Assembly: GCA_023251795.1 (NCBI GenBank)
Contig: JAHEYD010000003.1
Span: 73,853-137,852, forward strand
Direction: 5' to 3'
Origin: Nitrosotalea sp.
GTDB taxonomy: Archaea > Thermoproteota > Nitrososphaeria > Nitrososphaerales > Nitrosopumilaceae
DNA: 64,000 nt
Within the stretch, counting starts at the first letter, position 1. The number at the start of each line of letters is the position of its first letter. Of the stretch, positions 37,200 to 43,697 are shown in pieces. Position numbers and translations under genes: made by a program. The notes under the pieces are model-generated. The model was not told the origin of the DNA and did no database searches. It saw only the letters and a program-made list of their open reading frames with translations.

Positions 37200-38387
37200 T
37201 GTAGTTGATGGTTCATTGACAATTGGAATCCGAATGGACAGTCAATAAAATGACTCTCCTGTTCAATAATGAGTTAGTGGTGTGGTTGGTCTACCCCGCC
37301 CGAAGAGGGAAGACCTTTTCCCCTTTAATGGGGGCCAAGATGATAAGGGCTAATAATGGCGGAGGGTTGTCGGACACCGCTAAAATAAGCCGCCCGCCGA
37401 CACGGGAAACTGCCGCCTAATATATAGATTTTTTGCGACAGGTCTTGACCCCCGTTAAAGGGGAAACGGAAAAGTTGTGGTTTTGATGCTTTGCGGTGAA
37501 GCTTCGGAGGTCGCTAAAACCTCGCGTTGATATCCGCAAAGTTGGAGTCGCAAAGATCCAAAGGGTGAAGCCGTAATATACACGGTGGACAATGGGTGAA
37601 TTTCTTTACGGCGAAATGGAGCGGGAAGTATTACCCATGCAATCCACGACCCCTTGAATTTGCTGGAAGGGGAACCCACAACCGTTGTCGCGGGGAGCGC
37701 TAGTGCGCGGGATGGCCTCATAAGCCATGCCTTGGCGGGTGCGAATCCCGTCCCCGCAACCAAGCTTTGGACCATGAGCGGGCCGTGGGGTGGCGAATGT
37801 CACTGCGGCATTAAGCTAGACAAAATAACCTTTCTGTCAGGGGAGGAATAGACAAATCTAGTGGCTCGACTGACATTGAGAATCGCGAGTGGTCCAATCG
37901 TTTTGTAGTACCCGTTCTAGGAAGACGCTTTGCGACTTCCAAGTTGGCGTTAATGAGAATGCGCCCGGAACGGTTATTGACCCGAGATAAGATCAGGGTC
38001 AAATCCGGAACACTCTTGTGTTCCTATCGTGTGCGGCCTTTCGTCGTTGAGCCGATAATCAACGACTGAAAATTTCGATTCTGTCGAAGAACGCGACCTA
38101 CGTTAGCTAGGGTCCGAGAAGATACTTGAGAAGTCCTGTTGCTTAGGCTTCGTGGGGCGAGCCTTAAGGGACCCCTGTAATTCCCAGCCCCCTAATTTTC
38201 GGAGTCCGGCCCCGAGTTGTTCTGATCAAACAACGAATCTTCCACTTCCTAACGAGGATTCCCTCTAGGTTGTAAGAAAGAAGCCGGGGATTTGCTGAGG
38301 AATCTATCTGGTGGTGGAAGCTGACTGATTTGAACCTATTGTTTACTGGTTGTATTAGCTGGAATTGGTTCAAGTATAGAAATTAGT
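37200..38387 (+). ncRNA. large ORF-free, helix-dense RNA locus A (unclassified; GOLLD/ROOL-class candidate)
   Basis: Only short ORFs occur, overlapping in several frames and on both strands, with no RBS. Many nested helices, for example 37489-96/37534-41, 37507-11/37519-23, 37996-38002 with 37977-83, 38007-13/38018-24 and 38043-50/38059-66. Pseudoknot between 37570-76/37606-12 and 37592-97/37633-38. Confidence 0.55.
37690..37762 (+). ncRNA. tRNA-like element (CAT anticodon loop) embedded in locus A
   Basis: Acceptor GCGGGGA/TCCCCGC (7 bp). Anticodon arm ATGGC-CTCATAA-GCCAT. T-arm CGGG-TGCGAAT-CCCG, then AACCA. The D region is a non-canonical GCGC-TAGT-GCGC hairpin. Confidence 0.45.
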
Positions 38388-38867
38388 ATGAACAATTGCG
38401 CGAATTGCGGTAACCAGCTAGCGAAATATCAAATGAAATTTTGCTCTATTAAATGTTCTGTGTCTTACTCTAATAGAACAAGAGTAAGGCCACATCAGAA
38501 TCAGTTAAAAATTAGGTTATGTAAGAAATGCAAATCCGATATAAATAGACGAGATTGGAAAGACAACCGGTTTTTGTGCGAAGAATGTTCTGATAAGTCA
38601 AAAACTGATCTGTACCGAATTGGTGAGTTGAAAGATTTTAAAAGAGTAATAAGTGAGAATGCTAGAAGGGTATATTACAAATCAAATAAACCAAAACATT
38701 GTGTAGTTTGCGGGTATGATAAACATTTTGACGTTTGCCACGTAAAAGCAATAAAAGAATTCCCACCGAATGCTGTTGTTTCAGAAGTAAACTGCATAGA
38801 CAACCTAGTAGCGTTATGTAAAAATCATCATTGGGAATTCGATAGCGGGTTGATTACGCTGGGGTAA
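38388..38867 (+). CDS. HNH homing endonuclease
   Basis: CVVCGYDKHFDVCHVKAI...NLVALCKNHHWEFD. The stop TAA lies inside the 5' end of the next tRNA. Confidence 0.8.
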   Translation: MNNCANCGNQLAKYQMKFCSIKCSVSYSNRTRVRPHQNQLKIRLCKKCKSDINRRDWKDNRFLCEECSDKSKTDLYRIGELKDFKRVISENARRVYYKSNKPKHCVVCGYDKHFDVCHVKAIKEFPPNAVVSEVNCIDNLVALCKNHHWEFDSGLITLG

Positions 38868-38943
38868 CACTCTGGGAGTGTAACCGGCTGTTAACCGGTC
38901 TAGGGAAACCTTAAGTTTGGTTCGATTCCAAACCTCAGCGCCA
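38858..38943 (+). tRNA. tRNA with anticodon GTT (Asn) on a class II body (16-nt variable arm)
   Basis: Fold: GCTGGGG TA ACAC-TCTGGGA-GTGT A ACCGG-CTGTTAA-CCGGT CTAGGGAAACCTTAAG TTTGG-TTCGATT-CCAAA CCTCAGC G CCA. Confidence 0.55.
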
Positions 38944-39011
38944 TTTAAATTTAAACAAACGAAGTCCAACCCCGCAATTAGACCTAGCGGGAGAAACGAG
39001 GAACAGATATT

Positions 39012-39087
39012 GCCCCTGTCGTCTAAAGGTTCAGGATGAGAGTCTTTCAAGCTCACGATCCGGGTTCGAGTCCCGGCGGGGGTACCA
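39012..39087 (+). tRNA. tRNA-Glu(TTC)
   Basis: Collinear with E. coli tRNA-Glu. Loop CTTTCAA. T-arm CCGGG-TTCGAGT-CCCGG. Acceptor GCCCCTG/CGGGGGT. Encoded CCA. Confidence 0.8.
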
Positions 39088-39721
39088 GAATTGGTTGGCA
39101 GTCCAATGAAACAAAACTGCCTAGGCGCGTTCTAAATTCCGAGTCTGACGAACGGCGAAGATAATGACTTGGGGATCGCTCGCTAGTTCATAGGAGCAAC
39201 CTTCTGCCAGTAAGCGTTGCTGATATAGCGAGAGACTGGTTTCGATGGTCGTGGACTTAGCCACGTTAAATAGGGCGATAGGCTAAGTGCGGATTTCGCG
39301 TCAGGTCGTTCGTACCGTGTTTGGAGACTTCCCTCCTACTTCAAACACGCGGGGAGACACCGGATGAAGGGCGGGCACTCCGATGAGTCTCTTAAATCAA
39401 TCGCACCGCTGACGCGATTTCGAGCCGCTAGGAAAGGCTTCTGGTTTGGTCACCGGCTGTCCGTGCCACACTTTAGTGCCCCTTGTAAAGGGCCGAGAAC
39501 TGACCCTTCTTATTGTTGTGGAACCTAGCAATCTTCTCCGTGCTTCTAAAACAACCCGGCACGGCGTCGGAAATTTGAGGGTTGCGATCCTAGGAGTGCA
39601 GGGGGGTTTCCGAAATGCATCGGTGCAATACGCGTGAGTACGTCAGACCAATGAACACTGACGAGGCAGGCGAATGGTCGCTGGCGAAGCGCGTTCCCCA
39701 AATTTCGCGAAAGATATAAAG
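39088..39721 (+). ncRNA. ORF-free helix-dense RNA locus B (unclassified)
   Basis: About 630 nt between tRNA-Glu and the next HNH gene with no credible ORF. Helices include 39097-102/39116-121, 39179-85/39226-32 enclosing 39196-200/39216-220, and a 10-bp helix 39316-25/39340-49. Confidence 0.5.
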
Positions 39722-40063
39722 ATGCCATTCAAAAATAAAAAACAAAAAGCCGAATACATGGCTGAATATAGAAAGCGAATGACCGAAGAGCAGAAGCGAA
39801 AAGCTTCTGCCAGAGTAGAAGATAGGAAAAGAGAGATTGCGGAATGGTTACAAGATTTAAAGCTGTCTTTGGCATGTGAGGAATGTGGTGAGAGCCATCC
39901 GGCTTGTTTGGATTTTCACCACACTGACCCATCAGAAAAAGAAGTGGCAATATCTAGGATAAGGTTAAAAGGTTGGTCAACAAAAAGAATAATGAAAGAG
40001 ATAAAGAAGTGCAGAGTTTTGTGTGCAAATTGCCACAGGAAATTGCATTATGTGGCCGGTTAG
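39722..40063 (+). CDS. HNH homing endonuclease (paralog family)
   Basis: CEECGE...LDFHHTDP...CRVLCANCHRKLH. The stop TAG lies at positions 8-10 of the next tRNA. Confidence 0.8.
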   Translation: MPFKNKKQKAEYMAEYRKRMTEEQKRKASARVEDRKREIAEWLQDLKLSLACEECGESHPACLDFHHTDPSEKEVAISRIRLKGWSTKRIMKEIKKCRVLCANCHRKLHYVAG

Positions 40064-40128
40064 TGAAACGGTTATCCCATCTGGCTTACATCCAGAAATT
40101 AGAGGTTCGATTCCTCTACCGGCTACCA
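40054..40128 (+). tRNA. tRNA-Val(TAC)
   Basis: Acceptor GGCCGGT/ACCGGCT. Arm TCTGG-CTTACAT-CCAGA. T-arm AGAGG-TTCGATT-CCTCT. A CCA. Confidence 0.8.
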
Positions 40129-40148
40129 GTCCTTTCTTTCGCACCAAC

Positions 40149-40222
40149 GGGCGGTTAGTTAAACGGGATAACATTGGCTTTGCAAGCCAAGATTGAGAGT
40201 TCGATTCTCTCACTGTCCACCA
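40149..40222 (+). tRNA. tRNA-Ala(TGC)
   Basis: Acceptor GGGCGGT/ACTGTCC with G3:U70. D arm GTTA/TAAC. Arm TTGGC-TTTGCAA-GCCAA. T-arm GAGAG-TTCGATT-CTCTC. Confidence 0.85.
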
Positions 40223-40401
40223 GAGATAAATTTACACCCCCAATTACCTGATGTTGAGATCAGGGAAAACGACCGTAGGGGCGGAAAGCAGGTGTGCTAC
40301 GGCCTCAGTCGCGGCGATTTGCGAGTGGCTGGCCCGTCGAAGGGGACTTTCCGGGGGGTGTTTTCAGGCTTCGCAGCAAAAACGATCAAACGAAGGAAAA
40401 T

Positions 40402-40475
40402 TCCCCTGTCGTTTAACGGTAAGACCCTCGCCTTTGGAGCGAGTTATGTTCGTTCGATTCGAACCGGGGGTGCCA
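40402..40475 (+). tRNA. tRNA-Gln(TTG)
   Basis: U1:U72 mismatch and G73. Arm CTCGC-CTTTGGA-GCGAG. T-arm GTTCG-TTCGATT-CGAAC. Confidence 0.8.
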
Positions 40476-40496
40476 AAATACGTAGCCAAGTTTGTT

Positions 40497-40569
40497 GTGA
40501 CGGTAGTTTAATCGGTTAAAACTCTCCCTTGTGACGGGAGCGATGTGGTTCGACTCCACCCGTCACCCA
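40497..40569 (+). tRNA. tRNA-His(GTG)
   Basis: Acceptor GTGACGG/CCGTCAC. D arm GTTT/AAAC. Arm CTCCC-TTGTGAC-GGGAG. T-loop TTCGACT with a short stem. The 3' end and the -1 position are ambiguous. Confidence 0.6.
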
Positions 40570-40748
40570 TACTACATATGGGAATGTGTGTCGGAAGCTT
40601 TTCTTTGAAACAGGGAAATCGATAACTCAAAGGCGTGAACAATTCAGGGTCTTTGACGGGGCCTGAGAAAAATAACGCGCCGGGCGTCAACTCGGAAGCG
40701 CCAATGTTGAATTGGCGCATCGGTTTCCCTATTTGAGAGAACAGAATT

Positions 40749-40823
40749 CGGGATGTAAGCCAATGGTAGACGGCGCGCTTTGGGGGCGCGAAGCTGGAGG
40801 TTCGACTCCTCTCATCCCGACCA
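40749..40823 (+). tRNA. tRNA-Pro(TGG)
   Basis: Acceptor CGGGATG/CATCCCG. Arm CGCGC-TTTGGGG-GCGCG. T-arm GGAGG-TTCGACT-CCTCT. Weak D stem. Confidence 0.7.
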
Positions 40824-40824
40824 T

Positions 40825-40901
40825 GACCCCTTAGCTCAATCGGATAGAGCTATTGCCTTCTAAGCAATGGGTTGGGGGTTCGATTCCCTCAGGGGTCGCC
40901 A
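40825..40901 (+). tRNA. tRNA-Arg(TCT)
   Basis: Acceptor GACCCCT/AGGGGTC. D arm GCTC/GAGC. Arm ATTGC-CTTCTAA-GCAAT. Confidence 0.85.
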
Positions 40902-40909
40902 AAATTCTT

Positions 40910-40984
40910 GCCGCATAAGCATTAGTGGTGATGCAGTAGTTTTGTAAACTACAGAACAGGGTCCGACTCCTTGATGCGGCTCCA
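40910..40984 (+). tRNA. tRNA-Thr(TGT)
   Basis: Acceptor GCCGCAT/ATGCGGC. D arm GCAT/ATGC. Arm GTAGT-TTTGTAA-ACTAC. T-loop TCCGACT (C at position 55). Confidence 0.8.
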
Positions 40985-40989
40985 AATAC

Positions 40990-41019
40990 TTGACAGGGTA
41001 TTCCCTCGTATGATATACT
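40990..41019 (+). promoter_or_regulatory. phage promoter family copy
   Basis: TTGACA 40990-95, N18 ending in TATGA, TATACT 41014-19, leader TCTTTTATTGGGAGGGAGGAACGAAATG. Confidence 0.7.
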
Positions 41020-41044
41020 TCTTTTATTGGGAGGGAGGAACGAA

Positions 41045-41311
41045 ATGGAAAATTGGGACCAGATCGGATGCTACGGGGCGACGGAAGACGATGTTATCAG
41101 CGCTCTCCGGTCCGCCGTCAAAGTTCAGTTCGTTCGTAATCCTGAGATTCCCGGTGAACCGTTGGATGCGGTTGCTCTTCGTAAGGTTGTCGCTTCTCTC
41201 CTCAGTGATGTTCAGGAAATGATCGAGCGCGGTCTGAATGGGCAGGCCCGGAAGACCCTGAACGTCGCCAAACTGGCTCTGTTTGAGCCCAACCGAATCA
41301 TTGGAGACTGA
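41045..41311 (+). CDS. hypothetical protein
   Basis: The ATG follows the conserved leader. Visibly GC-richer codons. Confidence 0.55.
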   Translation: MENWDQIGCYGATEDDVISALRSAVKVQFVRNPEIPGEPLDAVALRKVVASLLSDVQEMIERGLNGQARKTLNVAKLALFEPNRIIGD

Positions 41312-41313
41312 CC

Positions 41314-41463
41314 ATGTGTTGCGACTTCTGCGGAAACGAAGTTGTTGACCTTGCTCTCGACCGTCCCACTAGCCTCTGTTCCTATGAGTGCGCGAACGAG
41401 GCTTTTGATATGTCGCTTCCTGTTGAAGATCCTGACGAATATCTTAGCTACGAGGAGCGGTAA
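41314..41463 (+). CDS. small Cys-rich protein (49 aa)
   Basis: GGAGA RBS. MCCDFCGNEV...CSYEC. Confidence 0.35.
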   Translation: MCCDFCGNEVVDLALDRPTSLCSYECANEAFDMSLPVEDPDEYLSYEER

Positions 41464-41464
41464 A

Positions 41465-41587
41465 ATGAGACTCGTTCTAAAGCGACCGATTCGACCGTGG
41501 CGGATGGTTCTCCGGTATTGGTTCCCGAGGCGACTTACTTGCGATTGGAGCCCGAGAGTTCATGCATGGCTTTGGTGGAATTTCTAG
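41465..41587 (+). CDS. small Arg/Trp-rich ORF (40 aa)
   Basis: GAGGAG RBS 8 nt upstream. Composition is unusual. Confidence 0.25.
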   Translation: MRLVLKRPIRPWRMVLRYWFPRRLTCDWSPRVHAWLWWNF

Positions 41588-41596
41588 GAGATAGAA

Positions 41597-41998
41597 ATGA
41601 GAGTCTGTGAGGATTGTGGGGCCGATAGATCTGGCGCGATTAACCCGAAGACCGGGGACAATCTGACTTGCTATTGCGGTGGAAAGGTCGTCCGCAAGCC
41701 TTCTGTTGGTTCTCCGCTGATCGTGATTGTTAACGAGGATAACTGCATCATCGGGGTCGATGTTAATAGCGGCGGATACCCTTGGCTTCCTTCTCATCCG
41801 AGTGGATGGAAATTCTTCGCTACTATTGAAGATGCGGTAACGTACAGAGACACTTTTAAGCATGACACCCCGAATGCAACTGGTGATCCTAGGAAGTGGA
41901 GGGTGGTTTATTTCCGTTGGGAAATCGATTTTATCCCCCCGGTGTTTTTTGGTGGGTCTGCTCTTACTGACTTTCTTAAACCACAGGTGGCTCGATAG
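41597..41998 (+). CDS. hypothetical protein (N-terminal Zn-ribbon)
   Basis: AGGAG RBS. The last 18 nt overlap tRNA-Ile(TAT), and the stop TAG is in its D loop. Confidence 0.55.
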   Translation: MRVCEDCGADRSGAINPKTGDNLTCYCGGKVVRKPSVGSPLIVIVNEDNCIIGVDVNSGGYPWLPSHPSGWKFFATIEDAVTYRDTFKHDTPNATGDPRKWRVVYFRWEIDFIPPVFFGGSALTDFLKPQVAR

Positions 41999-42057
41999 GT
42001 AAAGGCGCTCGTCTTATAAGCGAGTATACGTAGGTTCAAATCCTACCCTGTGGACCA
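41981..42057 (+). tRNA. tRNA-Ile(TAT)
   Basis: Acceptor CCACAGG/CCTGTGG. Arm CTCGT-CTTATAA-GCGAG. T-arm GTAGG-TTCAAAT-CCTAC. Confidence 0.7.
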
Positions 42058-42059
42058 AA

Positions 42060-42136
42060 GCCGTGGTAGCCCAATTGGTAGAGGCGGCAGACTTAAAATC
42101 TGCAAAGTGTGGGTCCGACTCCCACTCACGGCACCA
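42060..42136 (+). tRNA. class I-shaped tRNA with anticodon TAA (Leu codons)
   Basis: Acceptor GCCGTGG/TCACGGC. Arm GCAGA-CTTAAAA-TCTGC. 5-nt variable loop AAAGT. T-arm GTGGG-TCCGACT-CCCAC. A73. Confidence 0.6.
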
Positions 42137-42153
42137 ATAGAAAGGATGCTGAA

Positions 42154-42450
42154 ATGTTCTTCTCTAACGAAACTAAGCACAAGATCGAAAATTGGTTCAA
42201 AGAGAAAGTATTTCATGGAAATGATTTTGATGGTTGGTGGTGTGATTATTCCAATTCCAAATCTTCTTTCGATGTTTCCGGCAATAAGTTTTCGTTTAAA
42301 CTTTCTTGGCTTCTTGAATTGAAAGATATTTCCCGCGTTGACGATATTGACGTAGGAGATTTTTCTCATTCGGAAGGAAACTGCCCGACTTGTGATTTTG
42401 GGTCGAAAGATTCGGTAACTTTTTACTTTTACAAGAATTCGCCCCTTTAG
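42154..42450 (+). CDS. hypothetical protein
   Basis: Internal ATG after AAAGGA. The stop TAG lies in positions 8-10 of the next tRNA. Confidence 0.45.
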   Translation: MFFSNETKHKIENWFKEKVFHGNDFDGWWCDYSNSKSSFDVSGNKFSFKLSWLLELKDISRVDDIDVGDFSHSEGNCPTCDFGSKDSVTFYFYKNSPL

Positions 42451-42514
42451 TTCAATGGTAGAACTGCTGGCCTTTAACCAGCGTATGGGGGTTCGATTCC
42501 CTCAGGGGGTACCA
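42441..42514 (+). tRNA. tRNA-Lys(TTT) with C at position 33
   Basis: Acceptor GCCCCTT/AGGGGGT. D arm GTTC/GAAC. Arm GCTGG-CCTTTAA-CCAGC. T-arm GGGGG-TTCGATT-CCCTC. Confidence 0.7.
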
Positions 42515-42684
42515 AATTTTGATCTCTTAGGTTAAACGGTCTGTTGACCCACAGTTGGAGTCGAGAGATCAACCGGTGCTCGAATCCGTTCCAACATCGA
42601 GATTTGGGTTATCTAAGACCCTTGATCGTGAGATCGAAAAGATTAGACGGTTAGCGGGTGGACCGAGAACACCCGCATGACTTT

Positions 42685-42761
42685 GGGCTTGTAGCTCAGT
42701 TGGTTAGAGCACACGGCTGATAACCGTGAGATCGGTGGTTCAAATCCACCTGAGCCCACCA
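42685..42761 (+). tRNA. tRNA-Ile(GAT)
   Basis: GGGCTTG TA GCTC-AGTTGGTTA-GAGC A CACGG-CTGATAA-CCGTG ... GGTGG-TTCAAAT-CCACC. Confidence 0.9.
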
Positions 42762-42926
42762 AATATCCTGATGGGGTGTGGTAGCACTCGGTTGCGGAGC
42801 GGTGGAATCTTCGTGGCTCATAGGTTTGCTTGACCTACCAGAAAAGAGCAAACTGCCAAATGTGAAGAAAGTCGGAGCGGGGGTGGGGAATCCCGCCATC
42901 AGGAGTCTGAGGGAAGGAAATCTAGT

Positions 42927-43349
42927 ATGGCTATAAACGAGTTTTTTGGTGAAGAAGATCAAGAATTCTACCGAGAAGTAGCGGAAACCGAGTGTAAAAA
43001 GTTCTTGCAGCAAAGAGGATGGTCAGTAGGGAAAGCCGACCCAAAATCTAGATTTGACTTGTTTGCTACTAAGGACAATAGGTTTGTTAAATTTCAAGTT
43101 AAAAGTACGAAAGTCATTAAAAGTGGGAATCCAGAGTTTAGGACCGGGAAAGTTACGTATAATAGCAAAATCATAAAAAGAACAAAGTATGAAGAAGGTG
43201 ATTTTGACTTTTGGTTCTTCTATTGTGGGGTCACGGGGGAAAGTTGGGTAGTCCCTTATCGCGAGTTACGATCCGGTTCTGCTACTAGAATGAACAAAAA
43301 ATTTGAAAAATGGAGGGTGACGCGTACAGTGGGTAGGCCGTCGCCTTGA
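42927..43349 (+). CDS. PD-(D/E)XK nuclease (I-Ssp6803I-like free-standing endonuclease candidate)
   Basis: FDLFATKDNRFVKFQVKS (D...QVK motif). About 130 aa. The 3' end reads into tRNA-Ser, and the stop TGA is its anticodon. Confidence 0.5.
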   Translation: MAINEFFGEEDQEFYREVAETECKKFLQQRGWSVGKADPKSRFDLFATKDNRFVKFQVKSTKVIKSGNPEFRTGKVTYNSKIIKRTKYEEGDFDFWFFYCGVTGESWVVPYRELRSGSATRMNKKFEKWRVTRTVGRPSP

Positions 43350-43401
43350 AAGCGAATGGAACCTGAAAGGGTTTGGGGTTCGAGTCCTCCGCCCTCCGCC
43401 A
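43312..43401 (+). tRNA. tRNA-Ser(TGA)
   Basis: Acceptor GGAGGGT/GCCCTCC. Loop CTTGAAA. Long variable arm. T-loop TTCGAGT. G73 and CCA. Confidence 0.8.
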
Positions 43402-43418
43402 TTTTTTGACGTAGTTAC

Positions 43419-43554
43419 GGAAGGGAAGGTAGGTGGCTTGCCGGATACCCTGCTAAGGTATTGCGCTCAGAAATGGGCGTCGAGGGTTCGACACCCTAAA
43501 CCAGACGACCGGTGCGCACCATCGGTTGGGGATCGATACCTCTTCCTTCCTCCA
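43419..43554 (+). pseudogene. tRNA-Ser(GCT)-like gene with about 45 nt inserted between T-arm and 3' acceptor strand
   Basis: 5' acceptor GGAAGGG (43419-25). Arm ATACC-CTGCTAA-GGTAT. Variable hairpin present. T-arm AGGG-TTCGACA-CCCT ends at 43497. The matching 3' strand TCCTTCC plus T CCA appears only at 43544-54. Confidence 0.4.
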
Positions 43555-43562
43555 AATTTTAT

Positions 43563-43650
43563 GGAAGGACCCCCAATGGTGAGGGAAGCGCATTGCTAAT
43601 GCGTGGCTCGTGCATACGGGTTGAAGGTTCGAATCCTTCTCTTTCCGCCA
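43563..43650 (+). tRNA. tRNA-Ser(GCT)
   Basis: Acceptor GGAAGGA/TCTTTCC. 3-bp D stem. Arm GCGCA-TTGCTAA-TGCGT. Long variable arm. T-arm GAAGG-TTCGAAT-CCTTC. Confidence 0.8.
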
Positions 43651-43697
43651 GAAATAGCTCTCTTTTTTGCTTGGTTGTTTTGGTTGGGGTACTCTAT

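Noticed and set aside
37223-37762. tmRNA hypothesis: the ORF ends in ...ETAA-stop and a T-arm/ACCA lies downstream
   Set aside because: The acceptor partner of the ACCA end lies only about 60 nt upstream, which is tRNA-sized and not a 300-400 nt tmRNA circle. I could identify no resume-codon context and no pseudoknot series.
37223-38373. Six short ORFs (60-106 aa) on both strands in locus A
   Set aside because: They overlap each other in different frames, have no Shine-Dalgarno sequences, and have Gly/Arg/Pro-rich compositions typical of GC-rich non-coding sequence.
37200-40063. Group I intron(s) carrying the HNH ORFs
   Set aside because: No interrupted host gene or exons are visible. Each HNH ORF abuts a complete tRNA, leaving no room for a 3' intron core. 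I could not recognise a P7/G-binding core by eye. This is not formally excluded and needs covariance-model scanning.
40193-40519. ORFs of 108 and 86 aa spanning the tRNA-Ala to tRNA-Gln spacer
   Set aside because: They read through tRNA genes and a structured spacer, and have no RBS.
42050-42322. 90-aa ORF across tRNA-Ile/tRNA(TAA), and the N-terminal extension of ORF 42109
   Set aside because: The translation is of tRNA sequence. The credible start is ATG 42154 with an RBS.
43512-43697. N-terminal part of ORF 43512..43895
   Set aside because: It is encoded by the Ser(GCT)-like pseudogene and tRNA-Ser(GCT). Only the part from ATG 43698 could be coding.
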